From Marinicella sp. (GTDB lineage: Bacteria > Pseudomonadota > Gammaproteobacteria > Xanthomonadales > Marinicellaceae), in NCBI GenBank assembly GCA_965230295.1, contig OZ246001.1, positions 896,001 through 960,000 of the forward strand: a stretch of 64,000 nucleotides of DNA, in the 5' to 3' direction. Position numbers and translations under genes: made by a program. Below, in pieces: positions 9,537 through 20,132 of the stretch. The first letter of the stretch is position 1. Each line of letters opens with the position of its first letter. The notes under the pieces were generated by a model that saw only the letters and a program-made list of their open reading frames with translations, did no database searches and had not been told where the DNA came from.

Positions 9537-9817
9537 GTTGGCTGTTGTATTTATTACTTATGAATGAACCTGCAGAAGCTGCCACAAAACCCGCAAGTAT
9601 ACAAACAGATTCAATCATGACAACCAAACAATCAACCAATCATAAAAGCGATGAAGAACAACCAGACATGGAACTGCTGCTGTTTTTAGCTGAATGGGAT
9701 GGGGTAGAAAAAGATGAGTGGGTGGACCCAGAGGTCTTTGCCCAAGACTCACAATTCAATCAACAACTGGATAACAACAAGGCGCAAGGCGATGAAGAAG
9801 ATCCTGATAATCATTAA
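9533..9817 (+). CDS. Small acidic hypothetical protein of the ECF operon
   Basis: ATGA overlap with the upstream gene; PDMELLLFLAEW...WVDP core. Confidence 0.6.
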   Translation: MSWLLYLLLMNEPAEAATKPASIQTDSIMTTKQSTNHKSDEEQPDMELLLFLAEWDGVEKDEWVDPEVFAQDSQFNQQLDNNKAQGDEEDPDNH

Positions 9818-10271
9818 TCTATTGTTTACATGGCAGGTGTTTGCCATTGAATGGGATGAGTTGAATTCTGCTCAACAACAAACATTAGCTCCCTTCGAAG
9901 GTGGCTGGTCAGACATGCCTGAACAAAAGCGGCAACAACTGGCCAAAGGGGCCAGCCGTTGGCAGAACTTAAACAAACAAGAAAAAGGATTGGTACTGAA
10001 CCGACTGAACAAATGGAAAGAACTGTCACCGGAACAACGCAAAAAGATTCGCCAAAGATACCGAACATTTCAAAGTTTATCCCCCCAGCAAAGGGCCAAC
10101 TTGTGGCGTCTTCACCAGCGGTTTAAAAACTTATCGCCAGAACAAAGAAAGAAACTGCGCCAGAAATACCAACAGTTAACCCCTGAGCAAAAGCGTCAAT
10201 TCAGACAGCGCCAGATGAAGAAACAACAACAGCGAAACAGAAAAAACAAACAACGCAGAAATGGCAAATAA
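9792..10271 (+). CDS. DUF3106 family periplasmic protein
   Basis: Signal peptide from MKKILIII; W.EL...QQQTLAP..W and repeated W/F..LSPEQR units. Confidence 0.85.
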   Translation: MKKILIIINLLFTWQVFAIEWDELNSAQQQTLAPFEGGWSDMPEQKRQQLAKGASRWQNLNKQEKGLVLNRLNKWKELSPEQRKKIRQRYRTFQSLSPQQRANLWRLHQRFKNLSPEQRKKLRQKYQQLTPEQKRQFRQRQMKKQQQRNRKNKQRRNGK

Positions 10272-10281
10272 AAACCCTGTT

Positions 10282-10929
10282 TCAGAACTCCGGTGGCAAT
10301 TGAAATTGTTTGATCGGCCCGTCTGCAACTGTTTGAAACGAAATAAACTGGCTCTGCAAGGCCAACCGGTTTGCACAATTCAAAGCGGCGCCTTGCGAAT
10401 ACAAGGGATCTCCGACTATGGGATGTCCAATGGACATCATGTGAACCCGCAGTTGGTGTGACCTTCCGGTTATCGGTGTCAATTCAACCAACGTGGTTTG
10501 GTCTTCATTGGCAATCACTTGCCAATGCGTTAATGCTGGCTTGCCATGTTGGTGATCAACCATTTGCCTGGGCCGGTTGGGCCAATCGCAAATCAAGGGT
10601 TCCTCAATTTTTCCCGCCTTTTCAATCAAGTGTCCAAACACCCGTGCACGGTACTTTTTCTTGATCAAGCGATGTTCAAACTGGCGACCTAAGTGAGCAT
10701 GGGTTGATTTATTCAACGCCATAACAATCAAACCTGAAGTTTCCATATCTAAGCGATGCACGGTTGTGGCCTGTGGAAATTGTTCCTGCGCACGACATTG
10801 CAATGAATCTTTGTGTTGCTGCTGTCTGCCTGGAACCGATAACAAGCCAGAAGGCTTGTTCAACACCAACACATCTTCATCCTGATAAACCACATCCAGA
10901 TAGGGTTCCATCGGTGGTTGATAAATCAT
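10282..10929 (-). CDS. rluA: Pseudouridine synthase RluA
   Basis: NKPSGLLSVPGR, VHRLDMETSG, DWPNRPRQ, PITGRSHQLRVHM...GDPLY. Confidence 0.9.
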   Translation of the reverse strand: MIYQPPMEPYLDVVYQDEDVLVLNKPSGLLSVPGRQQQHKDSLQCRAQEQFPQATTVHRLDMETSGLIVMALNKSTHAHLGRQFEHRLIKKKYRARVFGHLIEKAGKIEEPLICDWPNRPRQMVDHQHGKPALTHWQVIANEDQTTLVELTPITGRSHQLRVHMMSIGHPIVGDPLYSQGAALNCANRLALQSQFISFQTVADGPIKQFQLPPEF

Positions 10930-11846
10930 GACTTGCCTTTGAAGTTTGCTTTGCGGGCTGCCTTTTTAGCCGCTTTTGCTGCCAACTTAAGTTCTACTTC
11001 TGCCAGTTCCTGCTTCATCATCGCAGGTGTTTCCAGGGTGATTCGCCCCACCACACCGGTTCTGAATTCGTTCAAAAATAAATTGGAAATACGGGTCAGG
11101 TCTACATGCCCACCGGATTTGAGTGCACCTCTGCTCTGTCCAATTTTGACCAACAATTCATAGGGCTCATCCGGGATCTGATCCATGTTGTAACGCTCAG
11201 CAACGGCCTTTTTATAGGCTACCATGATGTATTCAGCCAGGAAAAATGCTTTGTCTTCGGCTTCTACTATGTTGTCCTTGATGCCACCAGTAACGGCCAA
11301 TCGATAGGCGCTGTTTTGATTATCAAAACGAGGCCACAAGACACCGGGCGTGTCATGTAATATAACATTACCCGGTAGCTTAATCCGCTGTTGCCTTTTG
11401 GTCACCGCTGCCTCATTCCCTGTTTTGGCAATGGTGCGTTCAGCCATGATGTTAATCAGTGTTGATTTACCCACATTTGGAATGCCCATAATCATCACTT
11501 GGATTGGCTTTTTATTGACTTCTCTTTGTGGAAACCAGTCCAGACACCACTGCGGTATTTGCTTGATCAAAGAGTGGTCTGAAGTGTTCACCACATACGC
11601 TTTTACTGTGTCATCTTGTTGCAGTTCATGCACCCATTCCTGATTCAGTTCGGGATCAGCCAAATCTGACTTATTCAACAATTTGATACAGGGTGTCTGA
11701 CCCCTTAATTTTTGCAACAAGGGGTTTTGTGAACTGTAAGGTAATCGAGCATCCAACACCTCAATCACCAAATCCACTTCTGGAATCAGTTCGCGGATTT
11801 CTTTTTGGGCCTTGTGCATGTGGCCAGGAAACCAATTGATGCTCAT
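10926..11846 (-). CDS. ylqF: Ribosome biogenesis GTPase YlqF/RbgA
   Basis: INWFPGHMHKA N-terminus; circularly permuted G motifs NKSD, GIPNVGKST, DTPG. Confidence 0.95.
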   Translation of the reverse strand: MSINWFPGHMHKAQKEIRELIPEVDLVIEVLDARLPYSSQNPLLQKLRGQTPCIKLLNKSDLADPELNQEWVHELQQDDTVKAYVVNTSDHSLIKQIPQWCLDWFPQREVNKKPIQVMIMGIPNVGKSTLINIMAERTIAKTGNEAAVTKRQQRIKLPGNVILHDTPGVLWPRFDNQNSAYRLAVTGGIKDNIVEAEDKAFFLAEYIMVAYKKAVAERYNMDQIPDEPYELLVKIGQSRGALKSGGHVDLTRISNLFLNEFRTGVVGRITLETPAMMKQELAEVELKLAAKAAKKAARKANFKGKS

Positions 11847-11933
11847 GGGTGTCGCTCTGATGAATAAGGCGCCTATTTTAACTGAAGATGCTGGGATAAG
11901 CCCATCATCAATGCCATCTCAGCACAATAAATA

Positions 11934-11961
11934 CTTGAAATCTGGTCGGCCAACCCTATCT
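11934..11961 (+). promoter_or_regulatory. Sigma-32 (RpoH) heat-shock promoter of htpG
   Basis: CTTGAAA-N13-CCCTATCT against the consensus CTTGAAA-N13/14-CCCCATNT, about 30 bp before htpG. Confidence 0.75.
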
Positions 11962-11993
11962 TGCTGACATCTTAAATACCTAACCTGAAAAAA

Positions 11994-13886
11994 ATGACTG
12001 ATACTGCTGAAAAATTTGAATTTCAAGCTGAAGTGAATCAAGTTCTGGACTTGGTCATTCACTCACTGTACTCAAACAAAGAAATATTCCTCAGGGAATT
12101 GATTTCAAATGCTTCTGACGCCTGTGACAAGTTGCGTTTTGAAGCCATCAAAAACCCAGATTTAAGTGCCGATAACCTGCACATCAAAGTGGACTTTGAT
12201 GCAGAGACCAAAACCGTTACCATCAGTGACAACGGCATAGGCATGACGCGAGACGAAGTGATCAACAACATTGGTACCATTGCCAACTCAGGTACCAAAA
12301 AATACCTGGAGTCAATCGCCAAAAAAGACCGTGACGATGCCAACTTGATTGGCCAATTTGGGGTTGGCTTTTACGCTTCATTCATTGTGGCAGATGAAGT
12401 GGAAATCAAAACCTTAAAAGCGGGCGAAGCCGCTGATCAAGCAGTTGCCTGGAAATCTGATGGTAAAAATGCCTACACTTTAGAAAACATCACCAAGGAA
12501 TCTCAAGGTACAGAAATCACCTTGCACCTGCGTGAAGAAGAACATGAGTTTGCCGATAACTTCAGACTGCGTAACCTGATTAAAAAATACTCAGAGCATG
12601 TGGCCTTCCCCATTCAAATGTTAGAAGTGACATACCCTGAGAAAGATGATGAGGGCAATGAGATTCCAGCCAAAACTCCTGAATACGAAGTGGTCAATGA
12701 TGCCACTGCGTTGTGGAAGAAGGCTCCCGGCGACATCAAAGACGAAGATTACCAAGCGTTTTACCAACAAATCTCCAATGATTTCAATGAAGCGGCTTTT
12801 TGGTCTCACAACCACATTGAAGGGACTCAAAGTTACAGCAATTTATTGTATGTACCAAGTAAATCACCGTTTAACATGTTTCAAAACCCGGATGATCGAG
12901 AAGGTTTGAAATTATTCATTAAACGGGTTTTCATCATGGATGCCGCGAAGGAATTGATGCCCAACTACCTTCGCTTTGTTAAAGGTGTGGTTGATTCTAA
13001 TGACCTGCCATTAAACGTGTCTCGTGAATTGTTACAAGACAACCCCTTGTTGCAAAAAATTAAATCAGGCCTGGTTAAGCGTGTTTTAGGCATGTTGAAA
13101 AAGAAAGCTTTGGACACTGAAGTGTACGCCAACTTTTGGCAAGAGTTTGGGGACACCCTAAAAGAAGGTGTGGTTGAGGATTTCAATAACCGCGATGCCG
13201 TACTCAAACTGTTGCGTTTTGCCTCCACTGAAAATGATGATGCCACTGAAAGTGTTTCTTTGGATGACTACATCAGCCGCTGCAAAGACAAACAGGATAA
13301 AATTTACTACATCACCGGTGAGTCATACGAATCGGTTAAGAATTCGCCCCATTTAGAGTTGTTTAAGAAAGAAGGGGTTGAAGTGTTGTTGATGCACAGC
13401 CGCATTGATGAGTGGATGATGGGCCATGTTCAAGAATATGATGGTAAGAAATTCCAATCTGTTGCCAAGGGCAAATTGGATCTGGGTCAAGAAGATAAAA
13501 AAGATACAGAGCCATCAGAAGCCGACAAATCTTTCTTAGAAAAAATTCAAAAACAACTTGAAGGGCATGTCAGCGAAGTTTCTGCATCAACCCGATTGGT
13601 TGACTCTGCCAGCTGCCTGGTGATGGATGAACATGCCATGGCCATTCACATGCAAAAACTGATGGAACAGGCTGGACAAGCCATGCCCGGCCAATTACCG
13701 GCATTGGAAATCAATTTGGACCACCCATTGGTGCAGCACATAGAGCACATTGACAATGAAGACCATTTCAAAAAATGGTCAGAATTGTTGTATGAACAAG
13801 CTTTATTGGCTGAAGGCGGACAATTGAAAAACCCGGCTGAATATGTGCATAAAATGAATCAATTGATGTTAGACATCATGAAGTAA
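11994..13886 (+). CDS. htpG: Molecular chaperone HtpG (Hsp90)
   Basis: FQAEV..LYSNKEIFLRELISNASDA, DNGIGM, IGQFGVGFY, DLPLNVSRE. Confidence 0.98.
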   Translation: MTDTAEKFEFQAEVNQVLDLVIHSLYSNKEIFLRELISNASDACDKLRFEAIKNPDLSADNLHIKVDFDAETKTVTISDNGIGMTRDEVINNIGTIANSGTKKYLESIAKKDRDDANLIGQFGVGFYASFIVADEVEIKTLKAGEAADQAVAWKSDGKNAYTLENITKESQGTEITLHLREEEHEFADNFRLRNLIKKYSEHVAFPIQMLEVTYPEKDDEGNEIPAKTPEYEVVNDATALWKKAPGDIKDEDYQAFYQQISNDFNEAAFWSHNHIEGTQSYSNLLYVPSKSPFNMFQNPDDREGLKLFIKRVFIMDAAKELMPNYLRFVKGVVDSNDLPLNVSRELLQDNPLLQKIKSGLVKRVLGMLKKKALDTEVYANFWQEFGDTLKEGVVEDFNNRDAVLKLLRFASTENDDATESVSLDDYISRCKDKQDKIYYITGESYESVKNSPHLELFKKEGVEVLLMHSRIDEWMMGHVQEYDGKKFQSVAKGKLDLGQEDKKDTEPSEADKSFLEKIQKQLEGHVSEVSASTRLVDSASCLVMDEHAMAIHMQKLMEQAGQAMPGQLPALEINLDHPLVQHIEHIDNEDHFKKWSELLYEQALLAEGGQLKNPAEYVHKMNQLMLDIMK

Positions 13887-13910
13887 TTCGAATCTATTGA
13901 TTCTCCAGTC

Positions 13911-13943
13911 AGGCTCTGGTGCACAAGCATCAGGGCCTTTTTT
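13911..13943 (+). terminator. Rho-independent terminator of htpG
   Basis: AGGCTCTGGTGC-ACAA-GCATCAGGGCCT followed by a T run. Confidence 0.8.
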
Positions 13944-14039
13944 GTGCCTGGATTCCAACACCCGCTATTCATGCCGTGATTTGATACTGTGATATACTGA
14001 TGTTCATGTAAGGACTACAAGTTACCATTGAGGGGGGCT

Positions 14040-15461
14040 ATGCTATTTAACTCGTTGACGTTTATCGTCTTCTTTGCTGTTGTGTTGATTGTTCACAACC
14101 TGCCATTTTCCTGGCGCACCAAAAAAACCAATTTACTGATTGCCAGCTATTTATTTTATGCGGCTTGGAACCCACCTTTCATCATCTTGGTGTGGTTGTC
14201 CACAGTGATCGATTGGCATGTGGCGCACAAAATACATACCACAAGCCAACAAAGCAAACGTCGATTGTTGTTGATGGTCAGCATCATGGTCAATCTCGGC
14301 ATTTTGGGCTTTTTCAAATATGGCGATTTCCTGTTGGAGAATTGGCAAGCCTTGATGTCGGTGTTCGGCATTGATTATACGGTACCAGAGTGGAGTATCA
14401 TTTTACCCGTCGGCATTTCTTTTTATACCTTCCAAACCATGGCATATTCCCTGGATGTGTACTTTAAACGCGCTGCACCCACCAAAAGTTTTCTGGATTT
14501 TGCCTTGTTTGTTACCTTTTTTCCGCAACTGGTGGCAGGCCCTATTGTCAGACCCACGCATTTATTACCTCAGTTCGAGAAACCACGCAAAGCCAGTCGC
14601 AATATGCTGATTTGGGGTTTGGGTTTGATCACTTTGGGTTTGTTCCAAAAAGTGGTCATTGCCGATGGGATTCTGGCTTCCATATCGGACGGTGTGTACG
14701 GTGCACGAGGAGCGGTTTCATGGTTGGATGCGTGGTTAGGCACCTTTGCTTTTGCCGGCCAAATATTTTCGGACTTTGCAGGATATTCAACCACGGCCAT
14801 TGGTGTCGGGCTTACCCTGGGATTCTCTTTACCCAGCAATTTCAATTATCCATATGCTGCCATTGGCTTTTCTGACTTTTGGCGACGCTGGCACATATCA
14901 TTGTCATCATGGCTCAGAGATTATTTATACATTCCACTGGGTGGTAACCGAAAAGGCGCCATACGCACCAACATCAATTTGATGTTGACCATGTTGATCG
15001 GTGGTTTGTGGCATGGGGCCAGTTGGACTTTTGTTGTTTGGGGAGGGCTGCACGGCCTCTATTTGGCCATCGAGCGAAAGTTCAAGTTGTTGTTTGGCAA
15101 CCCGGCCTGGCTGAAAAAGAGACTCATTCAATTGGGTCTTGGCATATTGACTTATCTGATGATCAACATAACCTGGGTATTTTTCAGAGCACAATCGTTT
15201 CCTCAGGCATTTGGTCTGATTAAATCCATGTTTGGACTCAATCCAGATGGCAAACCTGTTTTGGCCACTGTACACATCATCATGGTGACCTTGGTCACCT
15301 TGTCCATGTTACTGGTTCATTGGCGAATGAGAAACACCTCTTTGGAATCCGTAGTAGCAAAAACATCTTGGCCGGTATTGGGTACCCTGTGGGGCCTGAT
15401 GCTGTTTTTAATCATCATCACACAGGGGAGCGGCGATGCCTTCATCTACTTCCAATTCTGA
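14040..15461 (+). CDS. MBOAT family O-acyltransferase (AlgI/DltB-like)
   Basis: LPVGISFYTFQ, FFPQLVAGPIVR, DFWRRWHISLSSWLRDYLYIPLGGNR, GLWHGA, terminal FIYFQF. Confidence 0.95.
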   Translation: MLFNSLTFIVFFAVVLIVHNLPFSWRTKKTNLLIASYLFYAAWNPPFIILVWLSTVIDWHVAHKIHTTSQQSKRRLLLMVSIMVNLGILGFFKYGDFLLENWQALMSVFGIDYTVPEWSIILPVGISFYTFQTMAYSLDVYFKRAAPTKSFLDFALFVTFFPQLVAGPIVRPTHLLPQFEKPRKASRNMLIWGLGLITLGLFQKVVIADGILASISDGVYGARGAVSWLDAWLGTFAFAGQIFSDFAGYSTTAIGVGLTLGFSLPSNFNYPYAAIGFSDFWRRWHISLSSWLRDYLYIPLGGNRKGAIRTNINLMLTMLIGGLWHGASWTFVVWGGLHGLYLAIERKFKLLFGNPAWLKKRLIQLGLGILTYLMINITWVFFRAQSFPQAFGLIKSMFGLNPDGKPVLATVHIIMVTLVTLSMLLVHWRMRNTSLESVVAKTSWPVLGTLWGLMLFLIIITQGSGDAFIYFQF

Positions 15462-16539
15462 TCGACAAGACAAAGATTATTATTTTCATGAGCATCGACC
15501 CATACCAACGGTCAAGTGGCGACCAGCCCTGCTGTTGGCCCTGAGTCTGATGGTCGTTGGCATCATGGCATGGGAATACAATGCCCGCGTCATCTGGGGG
15601 TATGAAGCAGACTCATATATCGACAACAATGGTCTGTGGGCCATTCAAAGAAGACGCATTGACAAAAGTGATGAAAACACTGTTGCCATCATCGGTGCCA
15701 GTCGGATCCTGTTTGATTTTGATTTAGACACCTATGAGGCCATGACCGGTACCCGCCCCATTCAATTGGCTTTGGTTGGGACCAACCCGAGACCGATTCT
15801 GGCAGATTTGGCCAAAGATGAAGACTTCAAAGGTTTACTTTATGTGGGCATCACCCCTGGCAGCTTTTTCCGCCAAGGCTATGGTTTATCAGGTGATGCA
15901 CCAGAGTATTACCAGAACGAGAGTCCAACCCAATGGATCAGTCAGCAACTGAGTATGGTTATTGAGCCACACTTGGCTTTTTACGATTTAGAAAACTGGC
16001 CATTATTCACATTGATCGAAAGGATCAAGCTGAGCAACCGAGAGGGTGTCAGAGATCCCAGAATGGGGGTCTGGAAACTCTCCAATGCGGACAAGGACCG
16101 CAACACCAAAATGTTTTGGAAAGTCGAAGACGATCCTGAATATCAACACAAAGCACAAATGACTTGGCGTGGTTTTATGCAAGCAGGAGATAAACGCGGA
16201 CCCGCACCCTTTGATTTAGATCAGTACATGACCGGGGTCATCAAAGACGTTAATGCGATTCGAGCCAGGGGTGGAGAAGTGGTGTTCATCCGCTTGCCTT
16301 CCAATGGTGATTACCGCCCCAGAGAGGCCCGACTCCAACCACGGGCTGACTATTGGAATCGTCTACTGACTGACACCCAGTCAGTGGGTGTACATTTCGA
16401 GGACCACGATACCTTACAAGGATACAGATTACCGGAATGGTCACACTTGCACTCAGAAGATGCCGCCAAGTTCACAGCTGCTTTGGTGCCGATCATCAAT
16501 GACAAACTAAAACTAGCTGACAAACAAGCCATTCGCTGA
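15436..16539 (+). CDS. Membrane-anchored SGNH-like partner of the MBOAT (AlgJ/DltD-like)
   Basis: N-terminal TM helix; IIGASR (Ser) and PEWSHL (His) motifs; overlaps the MBOAT stop. Confidence 0.7.
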   Translation: MPSSTSNSDRQDKDYYFHEHRPIPTVKWRPALLLALSLMVVGIMAWEYNARVIWGYEADSYIDNNGLWAIQRRRIDKSDENTVAIIGASRILFDFDLDTYEAMTGTRPIQLALVGTNPRPILADLAKDEDFKGLLYVGITPGSFFRQGYGLSGDAPEYYQNESPTQWISQQLSMVIEPHLAFYDLENWPLFTLIERIKLSNREGVRDPRMGVWKLSNADKDRNTKMFWKVEDDPEYQHKAQMTWRGFMQAGDKRGPAPFDLDQYMTGVIKDVNAIRARGGEVVFIRLPSNGDYRPREARLQPRADYWNRLLTDTQSVGVHFEDHDTLQGYRLPEWSHLHSEDAAKFTAALVPIINDKLKLADKQAIR

Positions 16540-16554
16540 ACACCAATGAAGGCA

Positions 16555-16887
16555 TCATTCACTGACACGCTTTTTGTCCGCAAATTTAATCAAGGCAAAC
16601 ACAATGGTTGCCAAAGGCACCAAAGCGGTTGAAGGCAATGTGCAATACACGGCAGTGATCAATATCAGGACACACTGACCCAGTGTGCCAAAGCGATAGA
16701 CAGATGCCAGCCACCAGCCCATCAGGCCACCAATCAATGGTCCAATATAGAACCCCAGTGCGCCGAAAGTAGCCAAATCAGCAAAATCAAGCAACAGCCC
16801 GCCGCCCAGAGGGCCAAAAGCACGCAAAAAACGCTCACTGGTGCTCATTTCAGTGATAACCGTTTTGTTCGATCCTTTATCAGTCAT
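16555..16887 (-). CDS. Hypothetical membrane protein
   Basis: GAAGGAG RBS before ATG 16887; Gly-rich hydrophobic segments. Confidence 0.65.
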   Translation of the reverse strand: MTDKGSNKTVITEMSTSERFLRAFGPLGGGLLLDFADLATFGALGFYIGPLIGGLMGWWLASVYRFGTLGQCVLILITAVYCTLPSTALVPLATIVFALIKFADKKRVSE

Positions 16888-16995
16888 GTCATTCTCCTTC
16901 AAACATACCCATGGCCTACTTGACCACTCCATAATTTAGGGTATCAAATCAGGCATGAAATGACATGTGCTAGAGGTCTATATCGGTCTACAACT

Positions 16996-17406
16996 CTAGG
17001 CCATATAGGCCATCAATCCGAGCACAAATAAACTCAAGAGTATCAGCACACTGACACCAAAAACCAGTCCTCGCATGGCTGACCAAGCCATGTAATAACA
17101 AATCATGTGCATCACTCGGGTGACAAAATAACCCAGCATCAATCGATTCACCCAAATGGGGTCGGCTGCACTGAGTGATGCGAAAAGAAACAACAAAATC
17201 ATCACACCCATGGTTTCATTGGTGTTGGCATGGGCTCTGGACAACCTGAACAATACATTTTTGTGACTGCTCTCAATGGGATAACCTGGCGGGTGCTTGA
17301 GTTTGATGGCCATCAGATCAAACACCAGTAACTGCACCAGTGACAAGGCTGCGGTCAGGCCCAGAACCAGCACCGACCATTGGTAATTAACCATTATTTC
17401 TGACAT
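16996..17406 (-). CDS. MAPEG family membrane protein
   Basis: TM helices; RLSRAHANTNE and RVMHMICY motifs. Confidence 0.8.
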   Translation of the reverse strand: MSEIMVNYQWSVLVLGLTAALSLVQLLVFDLMAIKLKHPPGYPIESSHKNVLFRLSRAHANTNETMGVMILLFLFASLSAADPIWVNRLMLGYFVTRVMHMICYYMAWSAMRGLVFGVSVLILLSLFVLGLMAYMA

Positions 17407-17440
17407 GTGTATTCCTCTTTCAAAATGTTATTGATATGTT

Positions 17441-18904
17441 TCACAAGATGGGAGAGATCAATCGTGCCATCTTTTCGATAAAAATTTTAATCACCGAACG
17501 CTTTTCCCATGAGTTGACGCTTAACAATTTGGCATCACTCAAATCTGCGACAAACGAATCTTTCAATTGCTGTGCGAATGGCTCATCATAAACCAACACA
17601 TTGACCTCAAAATTCAACTCAAAACTGCGTTCATCGAAATTGGCTGTGCCCATAATACTCAAAAAATCATCAACCACCATGGTCTTGGTATGAATGAATC
17701 CACGGCTGTATTTATATACTTTCACACCAACTTGCATCATTTCATAATAAAAGGATTGGGCGGCTGCATTGACAATTTTGCTGTCTGATTGATTCGGCAC
17801 CAGCAACCTCACTGAGACGCCCCGAAGCACCGCTATTTTTAATGCCTTGATCAATGCCGGATTGGGTATAAAGTAAGGTGTGGTGATCAATATTTCGGTT
17901 TTGGCCGTGTGAATGGCCTGTAAAATTGAAAACAAAATAGAGGGCTGTGGAGAATCTGGCCCGCTGGCCACCACTTGCATCATTTTGTAGTCATTCTTGT
18001 CCAAGTTTTCAAATGCGGTTGGCAATTCATCTTCAATTTCAACTGATTGGTCGGCACAGAAATTCCAATCCGTTAAAAAGATGTTCTGTAAATAGGCTGC
18101 GCTTTGGCCTTCAATCCTTAAATGTGAATCACGCCAATACACTTTGTCCGGGTCGACAGCTGGGTTGTTGTATTCATCACCAATATTAATACCTCCTACA
18201 TAAGCCACTTTGCCGTCAACCACCACTATTTTCCGGTGGTTGCGGTAATTCAGTCTTTCAGTAAAAGCAAACCACCTGATCTCAGCAAACGGGAAAGCCT
18301 CAATGCCATGAGAACGCATGCGCATCAGTACCAAGTGGTTCAAACCTAAACTGCCATAGTCATCATAAATCAACCTAACGGCCACACCTTCTTTGGCTTT
18401 TTTGATCAGCAATTGACACAACTGACTACCAATGTCATCAAACCTGAAGATGTAATACTCCAAATGTATGGTGTGTTTGGCTGCTTCAAGGTCACTGAAT
18501 AGTTGGGGAAATTTTTGTTCACCATTTTCCAACAGCGTCAATTTATTCCTGACCGTCAAACGACTACAACTGTCTTGATAGATCATTTTTGTCAGGCCAT
18601 GAAATTGCTTCAAGTTTTCTTTGTGTTGTCGCATGACCCGAGTCGAATCATCATCAAACCTGGCCTGATACGCCTCTAATGTATGTTGAGTTGAGGTTAA
18701 TTTCTGTTGATAAATTTTGCGTTTTCGGCGCTGTATACCAAACACAAAATATAAAAACAGCCCGACTACCGGAAATAAATAAACAGTGAACAGCCAAGCC
18801 GAAGCCCTGGAGCTGATGGTGTATTGTTGAATGATTTGCAATGTGACATAAATCAACAACACCCAATAGGCATAGTAAGCGATGGTTATCCAGCTGATTG
18901 TCAT
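17441..18904 (-). CDS. cls: Cardiolipin synthase
   Basis: Two N-terminal TMs; two HKD motifs (NHRKIVVVDG, IHTKTMVVDD); GTANFDERSFELNFE. Confidence 0.95.
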   Translation of the reverse strand: MTISWITIAYYAYWVLLIYVTLQIIQQYTISSRASAWLFTVYLFPVVGLFLYFVFGIQRRKRKIYQQKLTSTQHTLEAYQARFDDDSTRVMRQHKENLKQFHGLTKMIYQDSCSRLTVRNKLTLLENGEQKFPQLFSDLEAAKHTIHLEYYIFRFDDIGSQLCQLLIKKAKEGVAVRLIYDDYGSLGLNHLVLMRMRSHGIEAFPFAEIRWFAFTERLNYRNHRKIVVVDGKVAYVGGINIGDEYNNPAVDPDKVYWRDSHLRIEGQSAAYLQNIFLTDWNFCADQSVEIEDELPTAFENLDKNDYKMMQVVASGPDSPQPSILFSILQAIHTAKTEILITTPYFIPNPALIKALKIAVLRGVSVRLLVPNQSDSKIVNAAAQSFYYEMMQVGVKVYKYSRGFIHTKTMVVDDFLSIMGTANFDERSFELNFEVNVLVYDEPFAQQLKDSFVADLSDAKLLSVNSWEKRSVIKIFIEKMARLISPIL

Positions 18905-19003
18905 GACTTGTCGATCAATGATTGGAACATTGCAGTAAACAGTGGCGTGTAAGATTGAATAAATTATAACAGCAGCCCCTGGTGACTTTGTTACAATGCG
19001 CGC

Positions 19004-19966
19004 ATGAATTCAGAGATAACCCACCCATTTGATCGACTGACTCCAGATTTAATACTTGATGCCATGGAAGAGCAAGGCTTTGCCATTGATGGTCGTGTAT
19101 CTGCACTGAACAGTTTTGAAAACCGGGTTTATCAAATTGGCTTGGCAGACACCACCCCCATAATCGCAAAATTTTATCGACCCAACCGGTGGACAGCCAA
19201 ACAAATACAAGAAGAGCACGACTTCAGTTTTACTGCTGAAAACCATGACATCCCTGTGGTCACCCCCCTGCGCAACGAACAGGGTCACAGCATCTATCAT
19301 TTTGCTGATTTCATGTTCAGCTTGTTTCCCAGGAAAGGTGGTCATGCGCCTGAGCTGGATCATCAGGATAATTTGGCCATCATGGGTCGTACTTTGGCCA
19401 GGTTGCACAATGTGGGTGCACAACAACCTTTTTCTCACCGCCCGATCTTGAACAGCACCACTTTTGGCCGTGAATGCATGAATTATGTGGCTGAACATTT
19501 TATCCCCATTGAACACCAATCCTCCTACCGAAACCTGGCTCAACAGATCCTACCCATCATCGAAGAAAAATTAACCGGTGCACACAACATCAGGGTTCAT
19601 GGTGATTTGCACATTGGTAACATCCTGTTGCGTGATGAAATACCCAATTTAGTTGATTTTGATGATGCACGTTCTGCACCAGCCATTCAGGACATATGGA
19701 TGCTGTTGTCAGGAGAACCTCATGAACAAGAAACACAATTACAAAAAATCATCGGTGCTTACAATGAATTCAGGGATTTTCCTTTCAGTGAATTATTGAT
19801 GATTGAATCTTTGCGGACATTGCGCATGATACACCACACCGCATGGTTGGCCAGACGCTGGGATGACCCCGCTTTTCCCCCTGCATTCCCCTGGTTTGAC
19901 AGTCACAGTTTTTGGACCCAGCACTTGACTGATTTACAACACCAACTCACGGCATTACAAAACTGA
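19004..19966 (+). CDS. srkA: Stress response Ser/Thr protein kinase SrkA (RdoA/YihE)
   Basis: LNSFENRVYQ, AKFYRPNRW, HGDLHIGN, VDFDD, AWLARRWDDPAFP. Confidence 0.93.
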   Translation: MNSEITHPFDRLTPDLILDAMEEQGFAIDGRVSALNSFENRVYQIGLADTTPIIAKFYRPNRWTAKQIQEEHDFSFTAENHDIPVVTPLRNEQGHSIYHFADFMFSLFPRKGGHAPELDHQDNLAIMGRTLARLHNVGAQQPFSHRPILNSTTFGRECMNYVAEHFIPIEHQSSYRNLAQQILPIIEEKLTGAHNIRVHGDLHIGNILLRDEIPNLVDFDDARSAPAIQDIWMLLSGEPHEQETQLQKIIGAYNEFRDFPFSELLMIESLRTLRMIHHTAWLARRWDDPAFPPAFPWFDSHSFWTQHLTDLQHQLTALQN

Positions 19967-20132
19967 TCAATGCAATTTGGGCGATGAAAGGATGGCGGTT
20001 TACCTGACAAGCCAGAAGCCTTAATTGGACACCGCAGCACGAGCGCTCGGTTAGGCAAAATCAACAAGGCTTACATCAATAAAAGGTACGGAACAGCCAA
20101 ATCAGACGATTTTCACCCTTCAAAGTGCAATC

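Noticed and set aside
10926-11846. ylqF/rbgA as unusual in a gammaproteobacterium
   Set aside because: Absent from E. coli but present in many other gammaproteobacteria; not remarkable.
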